A stretch of DNA of 64,000 nt from Macrostomum lignano (taxonomy: Eukaryota), in NCBI GenBank assembly GCA_002269645.1, contig NIVC01001828.1, positions 37,397 through 101,396 of the forward strand. Direction: 5' to 3'. The notes below the pieces were generated by a model that saw only the letters and a list, made by a program, of their open reading frames with translations, searched no databases and had not been told where the DNA came from. Made by a program: the position numbers and the translations under genes. Positions 13,201-23,400 of the stretch are shown piece after piece. Position 1 is the first letter of the stretch; each line of letters opens with the position of its first letter.

Positions 13201-16078
13201 CCCAGTTTATTCAGATAATAAAGAGCTTCTAAACTACTTGGAACACAAAGAAGATGTCCAGTTTATTCAGATAATAAAGAGCTTCTAAACTACTTGGAAC
13301 ACAAAGAAGATGTCCAGTTTATTGAGATAATAAAGAGCTTCTAAACTACTTGGAACACAAAGAAGATGTCCAGTTTATTGAGATAATAAAGAGCTTCTAA
13401 ACTACTTGGAACACAAAGAAGATGTCCAGTTTATTGAGATAATAAAGAGCTACTAAACTACTTGGAACACAAAGAAGATGTCCAGTTTATTGAGCCATTA
13501 AGTATCTCCCAAGCTATTGAAACACCAGAGGCCCAGTCAGAATGTATTGACTAAAATGATCCTGTAGTTATTTAAAGGGAGATGACTATGATTTCTTGTA
13601 TATTTATTAATAGACTAATATAAACAGAGGATGGAGTGGCGACACAGAACCCCAATTAGCTGCACCGCGCAGAATTATTAATGCCCCAATTTGGGGAACA
13701 GCTACAATCTCCCTGTTCATCAACATTCCAAATTTGGACACAAGCACTGTTTTCCTTCTGGTCAGCGGTGCTGGGAAAAAAGCAGACTTGCCTCCAAACG
13801 GGCCGCCCCCGTCGCGGTACTGCTGCTCGCTTGACTGCCTGGCGAAGGTGTGGCGCTGCCTCTCCCAGTTCGGCTGCTGATGCTGCTGGTGCTGCAGGCT
13901 GAAATGCTGTCCCCCTGTCTCGCGACTCTCACTCTGGTGCCTGAAGCGGCCTGCAAGCGGGAAAGCGGAGCGGGACCGGCTTTGGCGCCTCATTTCAGGC
14001 AAGAATGCAACATATAGGCAAGGTTAGGCTATCTGCTTGCTCTTCGCTCTGAGGCTTTGGCGAACAAATTTCTACTAGCTAAATGCGGCCTCGGCCCGGT
14101 CCCTGCTCAGGATAGGGTCGTCCGCAATAGGGGCGGTTTGGGAGGGCCCACTTCCGCTGCAGGCAATCGAATTTGGGCTAAACGGGCGCACATGAGTGTA
14201 ATATGCAATTCATGCAAGTTTTGGGGGTAAACCCATCCACCCCCAAAAAATCGTTCCTTACCTCCAAGGCTTTGAAAGGCGTCCTCGAACGGCGCGGAAA
14301 CGCCACCGTAGTTTTGCTGCGGCTGCTGGTATGACTTGGCGAAGTAGCTCTGCTGCTGATGCTGCTGATGCTGCTGATGCTGCGGAAGCTGCTGGCGTTC
14401 GTTAAAATCGAACCGGCGCTCCTCGTCCAGGTCGTAGCCGCAGTCGCTCGCCGCTTTTCGCAGCTTCTTCAGCTTCTTCTGCGTTCGCCGAAGCTCCATC
14501 GCCAGCTGCCGCTCCCGTTCGGTCTCGAAGCTGTCGCCGCGCCCGCCCCCGCCAGCGCCGCCACCGCTGCTGCTCTGGTAGCGATAGGCGCCACCAGCTG
14601 TCGATGACGACGAAGAGAAGAGATGCTGCTGCTGTTGCTGGCGCTGGTGCTGGAATGGCTGCTGCTGCTGCTGAAACAGAAGATTGTGATGCTGGTGAAC
14701 TGGCTGATGCGGCTGATGGTGCACCGGCAGCTGGTAGGCGACATTGCGCGCCTGTTCCGCAGGCTCTGTTGAACGATGCCGGAGCCTCTCGCCGGCTGGC
14801 CTTGCAGAACCTGCGGCGCTGCCGCCTTTGCCACCGCCGCTGCTGCCGCTGCCAATGCCTAGCAGCTCATCCAGCAAGTTGTCGATATCCTGGACGGGCC
14901 GGTTCCGGCTGGTACCGTATCGCGACGATGAAGCCGAGTACTCGAACTCCGGCTGCTGCGAGTGCGACTGCAGCGGTGGCCCGAGTCCGGCTCCGCCGCC
15001 AAGGCTGCGATGGGCGTTTCCTGAGCCGATATTTGCTGCGAGTGGAGAGTTATTGAGGAGGCACTTCGGTGAGTTGCTTCAGAGCTTATCTGGTAAGTTT
15101 TTAATACTTCTATACGTACTAGGATGGAATTTTCATACTAGCTCGTAAATAGCTTTTACATTCAAATCAAATTTGTCCTGAAGCTACTCGCAGCAAATTA
15201 ACTCACTCCTAAAAACGGTGCAGAAGCGATTATTCTGCTGAAAATCGCGCGAATTTGCGCCGTAGTTCATTGCGCCGAAAGTTCCTCTCGATTCTGGGTC
15301 GGTTAGAAGCTGTCAGTCCAAGAGACGCGAACGGTCGTCTTTAATACGGATACGGAACCCACAATGGCTCAGTCTGTGGCTCTGTTTGTCTAAGCTTTCT
15401 CGCTTTCTCGTAGCGCAGTCCAAGGGAGCGAAATGGAGAAAAAATCAAGAGAGGCAGGATTTTGGCAGGAGCAAGAGACCGGATTAGGATGGACCCGCAT
15501 GGATTAGGTGAGGGCTGCGAAATGCCGACTGGGAGACCCGGAGGTGAAAGAGGCGGGCAGGCGAGAGGGAAGGAGAGGCGGTGCTTGGATGTCAACCAGC
15601 GCGGAGGAGAGGCTGAGGTGGGCGATGGAGAGGGGCGCGCACGATGCGTTCAATCGTTGCGGCCCAACGAATAAGCGGAGTAGCAGAAGGCCGAGCTGGA
15701 ATCGCTGGCTTAGGAAGATATTTCGTTCGGGCAGAGGTACAGGCAGAAGGAGCTTTCGGGGAAACGGTAGCTGGAGAGCCAGGTCTGTATGCCGGATGCT
15801 GCGAGGGAAAAGTGATCGATAATTTGTAGCCCAAAAAGGTTTGCGCCAGAAGTCAATGAAGGCTTCACCCCCGACCAAATATTCGTGTTCGATGTACGTG
15901 CATGTACACTAGCGGCTGCTGCTGCTGCTGCTGCTGCTGCTGCACTCTGCGCCGCCAACTGCAGCTGCCACCTCTGCGATTAGAGAGGCTGGCTATCCTA
16001 GCAACTGCTGGGATGCTGCGATACCAGAGATGCTGCTTCAAGAAGTTGTCTAGTCGACCTTGCTGTCTCTCTCTCTCG

Positions 16079-16113
<35 letters not shown>

Positions 16114-19100
16114 GCTCGATTTTTTCCAAGGCAACGCTGCTTTGCCACGGAACCGCCTATTCCCTTACTGGTGGTTGGGTTTAAGTGTCACGCCAGACCA
16201 CAGCCAGCGCTAGCAATAGAATTTGGTACTGCGAATGCACACGGGGAGCAGAGAAGAAGACGGAGGAGACCGGGAGAAGAGCTATTTTTGGATTCGATCC
16301 AACTTATAGCAGCAGGCTATATAAAACGCTCTAAACAAACCCGCACAACAAATTTCTTCCACCGATTGCGTCCAAGTAACCGTGGACTGTTGTAGAGAGG
16401 AAAAGCAAAAGACACTGCCCTAGCTAAAGGAGGGGGGGCAGAAGCAGAAACGCAGTCGAGCTGATTCAGTATGAATTATGAAAATTGGCAGCCGTTTGCT
16501 GGTGTTTTGTCTGGCACGCTTTCCTTGCTCGAGCAGCTTATTTGCCTAAACCTGCTTCCCAACCTTGCCCACCGTGTGCGGCAGTGCGCGCTTCAGCCCA
16601 GCAGATGATGCCACCACTAGTGCATTCTTGTTCCCAAATGATGGGTTGCGTAAGCGCCTTGCTTTCCCCTTCTTTCACTTATAAATATATCCTCAAATCT
16701 GGGCCCGCCCGAATAATTTCAGCCCAGTTTCAAAAACTGATTTTTACAATCGCCTGCCGTAGTAAAGCCCAGAACAGGGGGGGGGGGGGTCACAGGATCC
16801 GTGGCAGTAGCTGCCCAGCTCGCTGCTCGACATTTTTCAGGTAAACTGGGGCCGGGGGGGGGAAAGGTTCGTTCAAGCGCAGAAGCCAGATGTGCTGCAG
16901 TTCCGGCTTGATTCTTTTGCAGTCCTTTTCAGGCAGCCCAACCCGTGGATGGCGGGGGGAGCGCTGTGGAGCTGGAGGTCGGATACGTCTGACGCCGTTT
17001 CCCTGTCTCCACCAGCCTCCGCTTCAAGTTCTTCCTCATCAGCGTCTTATCAACGGGGCCTGCTGCAACAGCCAAGCCAAGCTTTTTTTGGGCAAAAGGC
17101 GAAGACCAAAAAGGGGTAAAGCGATGCAAACTGTTGGCGGGCAGGGCCTGCTGACTGGACCAAGCCGGAGTCAGAAAGTCTGCCCAGCAGTCAGGCTGCT
17201 TCCGCACCACTGCCAGCTGGAAGCCCCTGCAGCATTGGCGCTCGGCTTTGGCCCCGACATGGAGAAGAATATTCGGGAGGGGGGGGCTGGAATCCGAGTG
17301 CAAATGGGGCGGACTGGAATTGATCCAAGCTTTTTCCCTCGATCCCCCATCTAGTCCAAATCCCATGGCCTGTCCAGAGCCCAACGATTCATAGAGGATA
17401 GTGAAATGGCTCGGCAAAGGCGGGAAGTGAAAGCTAGACATACAGAAGAATACAAATGCTATAGAAGTGGCTGGGGAACTTGTTGGCCTCTCATGTGATT
17501 GACAATATTTATGCAAATTGATGACTGGTTGGATGTAAATTTTATTCACAATAATGTTCGCCTTAAGAGATTAGGAAAGTATTGGGCACATTGTTTTTTT
17601 CATGTAGCTAGTGTTACTAGATATATTATTAGTGCCTGCACTCTGGTGTTTTCAAGAAAGAAAAGTAACAAACTTTCACGTTCCGTCCAAATTCTTCATA
17701 TGGTTCAGCATTCAACTATTCGACTGCGATGCTTGTGGTCTTACGTATCTTGATGAGTATTGAGAAGCGGCAGTTCGGCTAGTTTCCGGTTTTTCGAGAT
17801 CACATTCAAAATGGATATTGGATGCCTGCGAACGCTCCGTTCTAATGGCGGTGAACTGAGCCTTTTTTGTTTTTATTTTATTAGAGGCAAAGAGCTCTTC
17901 CTGACCCACTTTAAGCGACATCGTCACACAACCGGCGAGACCCATTTCACCGACTCCTCTGAGCAGGTACACAAGCGCGCGGATATGTACGCAGTCATAC
18001 GCACAGACACACACTCCAGTGTACAGCGGCCCTAACTTTATTTATCGTTATTAGGCATGTACACTTCACTGTGCCTTGGGGGTTGGCCCTCAATGGCGTT
18101 AACTGCACGAGCAGAGCAAAGCCGAGATTCCAATTTATCCCCAAATTAGCACTTGGAATTAGCACTTGGAATTAGCACTTGGAATTAGCACTTGGAATTA
18201 GCACTTGGAATTAGCACTTGGGCCGCTGGCACATGAGAGCGCCGCGCTAGGCTATGGCCCGTGAACTGACTCTGAACTACGAGTATCTGATATATACTCA
18301 GCAACAGTCAAAAGTTCCACCCTCCAAGCGAGATGAAAATTTTCTCACTTATTGCGACAACTTCTCACTCATCACAAGTCAACCCTCAAGTTACGCAACT
18401 ATAAGCAGCCGCGAGGAAAGGAAATTTGATCGAATCTAACGTCAGTCGCACAAAATCATAAGTTTTTATGCAATATAAGCAGTTAGAATTGCGATGCTTA
18501 ATAACGCGTGTGGGATCCCCTCGCACGCAGAAGTGCGGCGACTCTGCGGGGCATTCTCAGGATGAGGCGGTGCAGAAAGTCCTGGGGAAGCTGCTGCCAA
18601 GCGTTTTCAATGGCATGACGCAGCTCCGCAACATTCTGTGGTGGATTCTCTTTTCGAATGCTGCGTTTTAGAAAGTCCCACGAGACATGCTCGATGGGAT
18701 TCATGTCTGGGGACCGGGAAGGCCAGCGCAGAGTGCTCAGCTGTAGCTGTTCTTTTCGTTGACTAACAGCATCGGCTCGGTGTGGTGGCGCGTTATTGTT
18801 ATCCTGGTCAACTCAAGTAGCAATAAGACTCGCGCGTGCCGTAAGTTGCGTCACTCGAAAAGTGAGGAAATTCATCTCGCTTAGAGGGTGGAACTTTTGA
18901 ATGTTGCTGAGGATATACACTCATCAACATTGAAAACCGCCACTCTAGAGCATTGGCAGAGCAATTGACTTCAACTCACACTGCAATGACGCAAGATTTT
19001 ACAACCTCTCGCTCAGGCGCACTAGATCTAGGGTGGCGAAGCGACCATATACAATTCCTTGACTGGATACTGTCGGGCTAAGCGCATCACGACTGTACAA

Positions 19101-19457
19101 TCGTAGTGTCTATGGTCAAAGTGGTCTGATCGCTGGGAACTCCTACATTCTGGTCAACGTCATATATATTCCATAGATGTGCTATAGTTGCTATAATGAA
19201 TCTCTACCACCATAAACAATCCCATGCTCAGGTAAGCACTGCTCACACGCGCAGCCAGAGTCGCAGGGATCGCAGGCGCTGCTGCTGGCGGTTGCCTCCG
19301 GTGAGCTGCTGGCTGGCGGACCGTCGTCGATCCAGCAGCCGTCATCGGTGCGGCGCACGATGGCGTACAGGCTGCCGTCGACTGGACCGATGCAGTGCTG
19401 CGTGCGGACCTCCTCTGCCGCTGTTTTAGTCATTGTTTCCATATGCAATCTCAGCAC
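7489..19457 (-). CDS. TNS: Tensin (SH2 + PTB domain focal-adhesion adaptor)
   Basis: Phase-consistent exons: 19457-~19247, ~15035-14262, 13950-13792, 13093-12780, 11302-11062, 10712-9750, 9650-9222, 8667-8430, 7705-7489. SH2: [38 protein letters not shown]...LVRHFLIE. PTB: ACNVLYVGSVDVESLSG...RKLFFRRNYP...RLFGFVARK...FDPQQPAPAIVSFINK. The tensin motif GPVDGSLYA is in the first exon. The two 5'-most exon boundaries are less certain. Confidence 0.9.
7815..8130. repeat. 31-bp minisatellite (ggagattctgaggatggcagtagggagcgga), ~10 copies, in the last tensin intron
   Basis: Period 31 (agcggaggag at 7861 and 7892). Confidence 0.95.
8928..9176 (+). mobile_element. tRNA-derived CORE-type SINE, B-box-deleted copy with a 12-bp target-site duplication
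   Basis: A box tagcctagtgg; CORE-like gacacttaactctgcattgcttcagttcacccagctgtaaaatggg; TSD actccagtgcaa at 8916-8927 and 9177-9188; homologous to 32232-32512. Confidence 0.8.
11525..11817 (-). mobile_element. tRNA-derived SINE family 2, copy a
   Basis: Minus-strand head ggggtgccgtagcccagtgg (A box)...ggctcgattcc (B box); body matches 17900-18260 and 57150-57465. Confidence 0.8.
13165..13495. repeat. 56-bp minisatellite, ~6 copies, in a tensin intron
   Basis: cagtttat recurs at 13203, 13259 and onward. Confidence 0.95.
17900..18260 (-). mobile_element. SINE family 2, copy b, with an internal 13-bp tandem expansion
   Basis: Shares cacaaccggcgaga, gtgtacagcggccctaactttatt, ctgtgccttgggggttggccc and catgagagcgccgcgct with copies a and c; (aattagcacttgg)x6 at 18144-18221. 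Confidence 0.8.
18295..18913 (-). mobile_element. Internally deleted Tc1/mariner DNA transposon
   Basis: ~70-bp imperfect TIRs (tactcagcaacagtcaaaagttccaccctc / gagggtggaacttttgaatgttgctgagga) flanked by TA. The minus strand encodes a Tc1 C-terminus QDNNNAPPH...WPSRSPDMNPIEHVSWD...MPRRVAALLRARGSHTRY (stop at 18498). Confidence 0.9.
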
Positions 19458-20283
19458 CTGAGGCTGGCACTCCTAGGACGGTTTTTCGTTTCTTATGTTC
19501 TAAACGTTCTTAATTCCCTCAGGCCGAAAGATTGGGTTTGAGTCGGATTTGTCTTTGTAAATTTGAATAACGAAAGCCGCGTTTATAGTCAACCGGGGCC
19601 GCGCGGTTTCACACATGTCAGCTAAGGCGCTCATGAACTGTTGTTGGGTTTCCCCGCCCTCTCCCTGCAGCTTGCTAGGGCCTCCGCTACTCCAGCCAAC
19701 CAGCCCGGGGGTTCCCGAGATTCCCACGCCTGCGGGCGGGGTGGGTGGCTGCGTTGAGAACAGGCAGAGAGGGGGCGGCGGCCTTGGTAGTTGACGGCGC
19801 TCATGGCCCCGACGCTGTCTCTCTGGGCAATGCCTATCCATGGTTCTGCTTCCCCCTCTCTCGCCCATTCTCTCTCTCTCTCTATCCCGTTTTGCATCGG
19901 CTGTTGTGTTGAAGAGAGAACAAGGCAGAAGGCCAGCTAACAAGCAGCTCAATATGGAAAGGCATTGGGTGAAGCTTCCACAGACACACACGCACGCGCA
20001 CACACAAATTAGACTAATGCGGAGTTTGCTGTTGTTTGCGTACTTAGTGCCCAACAGGGCGCGATACGCGCGGGGAGGGGAGAGAGAGAAAAAAAATGAG
20101 AGGAAGGAGAAGACCGAAGTTGGTGCTGGGCAAATGCGATGAGCGGCACGATTTCCGAGCGAATTCATGCTGAGAGCGCGCAACGAGTGAGAACTATAGT
20201 TGCCGGTTGCCATAGCCCCTTGTCAACCGCTGCGCAGCAGGCTGCGAGCTATTAATTTGATTGCGCGATGGCAGCGCAGGGAG

Positions 20284-20290
20284 TTATATA
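20284..20290 (-). promoter_or_regulatory. Candidate TATA box (TATATAA) upstream of tensin
   Basis: Motif on the gene strand ~830 bp upstream of the first identified exon; no transcript evidence. Confidence 0.25.
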
Positions 20291-20477
20291 ATACGCCCAG
20301 AGTACGCGGGCTAGTTGCAGTTACGACGGCTTCGGGTTACCGCGGCTTCCGCTGTGTGCTCATTTTTTGCCTTTCCAATTGCTGGTGTTGCACGACACAG
20401 CTCTGCCAGAGAAAGTTATTGCCGCGCTCATTCGACCCTTTTGGAAATGAATTAATAAATAGAATGTCGGAGTCTAG

Positions 20478-23400
20478 TTCCCAGTGAGCTCCGCGAAACC
20501 CACAAACCCAAGGACACGCGCGAAGCGCGTGTCCTTGGGTTTGTGGGGTGAGCGGAGCGAACGCGCGAGGCACAAAGTGCCGAGCATGAGGAACAAACAG
20601 CCAGCCAATGCGCGAAGCGCATTGGGTGGTCTGGCTTGTGACGAATATAATAATATGAGACGTGTGCATCGAAAAAATGACAAGAAAAATCTCACAAAAA
20701 CTGCTGTAACTTCAAAACTACAAGTGCGAATTTCACAAGTGAGGTGTCATTTTAAAGAGAAGAATCTGATCTATTTAACGAGTATAGTTTTGTATGGATT
20801 CACTGCGGAGAAAAGGAACAGGCTTCAGTTGAAATGTTTGTCTTAAGATTATGTCTTTACAAAAGTGCATTTCCTCATGCACATTAAAACTCGAGCTAAA
20901 AATGTTCGAGGGTTATAGGTGCGCCTTACTAAGATGCATAACATTATTGGGTTGTTTTTTTCAATTGTATCAAAAAGTTGGCACTTTGGTTGCAAAAAAT
21001 GCAAAAATTGAAAATGTACTTTTACAGTTTTTTGCATTTTTTTCTATACTGCTAATAGTTAAGCATACATACTATGCACCAATTGATGCGCAATTCAAAG
21101 ATACACAAGTGTGGAAGTTTTCAATTCTTAAACATTTGAAATCAGAAAGTTATCGACGAAAGACTAAAAATCATGATCTCAAACTGATTTGAGGAAAAGT
21201 GCTCATTATAATTTTTGGAATATGGAAGAAACAATTCAACGCCGTCATCTAATTCCAAACTAACTGTACTTTAAGGTACTGCGATGATTTTTTTATTGAA
21301 AGAGCGAAACCTGTTTAAATATTTGAAAAAATGGAAAAAAAGTACCTTTTTTCATAGAAATACACTCTTTTGACTGCTTAATCCGATTTCCAACAACAAA
21401 ATAGTTGCTTTCCTGCTGGTGCAAACCGTTATTAGGGTGAATTTTCAAAATTGCATACTGTGCCAAAAGTAAACTGAAGCTTAATATTTATAAACATTAG
21501 AAACGGGACCACTAATGGGTATTTTACTTTGGTTACTTACTATGGACTAAACTGGCACTGGCAGAGACAGATTTGAGAGAAACTAATTGCTCCATTGTAT
21601 TTGTATTTGGCTCCAGCGTTACAAATTACAATAGCTATTTCGGGGTCTAACCGGCTAAGTTATCAAAAAAGCTAGATACCAATCACCAGTTTCATCATCA
21701 GCTATACCTACCACGATTTTATAGTCACATGCAACAGTAATACCCTCCTTTAAAAGTTTTCAATATCTAAAATGATGTGTTAAATTTTATAAAATTTCAT
21801 AAACAGTGAAATTTTAGCTGTTTACGTGCTGGTGGTTTGAACGTAGCTACTTTGTGCGAAAATACACTGTCATTAATACCGTACCTATTATTGTATTTAT
21901 TGTATTGAAAGTTGATGTGTAAATTGTACTTTTCTAGTTAATGAAGACAAAGTCTTCGCCCCAGTGAGCTTTGGGGTTGGAATTTTATAATACCTAGTGT
22001 TGTATCGATTATTTAAAGACTTTCAAGGCATTATTAACGCTGATGCTCCTAATATTTTGCGTCGTGTCATACATAAAGTTAGCCTAATAGATAAAGTAGG
22101 GCGAGAGTTGTAAAATGTCTCTAACGTCAAATGATTTATAGGAAGGGAATTAGGGATGTCGATTCCCCAGGGAATTATCTTATCGGGGACCCCGGTGAAA
22201 AGAAAAAATAAGTAAAAACGGCGGATCACTTAGATTGTAAGTGGAATTTTTTAAACTTTGATTTAAGCTTTGTACTACATGTTCAAGGCGCAGGGGTAAA
22301 AATTTTAAACAATGTTTTTTTAAACTGTATTTGACAATGTGGCATCACGAAATCGTGCGCGCACCTTTATCGGAAAAGTGCATTTGTTGGAATGCATGCT
22401 AAACAGCTACGCTCGTGAGAGGATAATTAATGAATGAGACTGTTTTTATAATCGGAATTTTATTTCTTGCATATATATGTAAATCACCATTTTGTCCTTG
22501 TCTAATAGGGAGTATATGTATGACACCCCCCTATGCGTCAGTGCCTGACGCATGACGCAGCGCTGCGCCTGCGTCAAGCCGTCAACGCAGACCAACACAG
22601 CAGTCACTAGTCAGTAAGGCTTCTTTTTCCTGACGGGTTTCTTTTCTACGTGCAATTTGCTTGATTGAATGACTTATTAGTGAAAAAACAATCAAACGTG
22701 TGTTGTGTTTCAAATACATGTAATGCATTGAAATAAGCAATTATGCGGTAAAAGAGCATAGACAGAGTTTCAATCAGCTTTCTGTGAATCAGTTTCTTAT
22801 TTTAATGGCAAAAATTAAGTTACAAATGCATTTTTTCATATTTTTTCTCCCCAGGGTCCCCGGTTAAATTCCCCGGAGAGTATTCCCCGACAAGCTCCCC
22901 GGGGAGCACTCCCGGGGTCAACATCCCTAGAAGGGAAACTACGAGCATAAGTTCTGCAACACATATACAAGTAGCTAAGCATTAATAGACGCACTGCACC
23001 GATAAAATGTAATGGAATTGCTCGAATCACCGACACCAAGACCCATAAAACTGGAGAAACTGGCAGGATATAGTAGATACATGTAGGTCAGAATCAGAAG
23101 TGATCATGGGTGGGTGGGTCAAGTGATCATGGGTTCGACCTCGATTGTATTATTCCTTCTTAATCTTATGCAATTAATTGTAAATTAGGTATGAAGTAAC
23201 AGTAATTATCCTTGACCATGCTAGAGTAAAGACAAGTCAAAGTCAAGTTAATAAAAATAGACACACAGTGTAACAATAACAATGGTTTTTAGAGCCATTT
23301 TTCTTGTCTGTGTTTGTCTTTGTACATACATGTACATTTGGGAAGACTTATCTGGACCCAATCCCTTCTTATTCTACATGTACGCTGTTTTGGGTATGGG

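Noticed and set aside
15341-15878. Overlapping GC-rich ORFs on both strands in a tensin intron
   Set aside because: No recognisable motifs and no splice sites that fit the tensin phase pattern.
19500-20213. 237-aa ORF upstream of tensin
   Set aside because: Low-complexity, microsatellite-containing and without domain similarity; more likely UTR, intron or promoter sequence.
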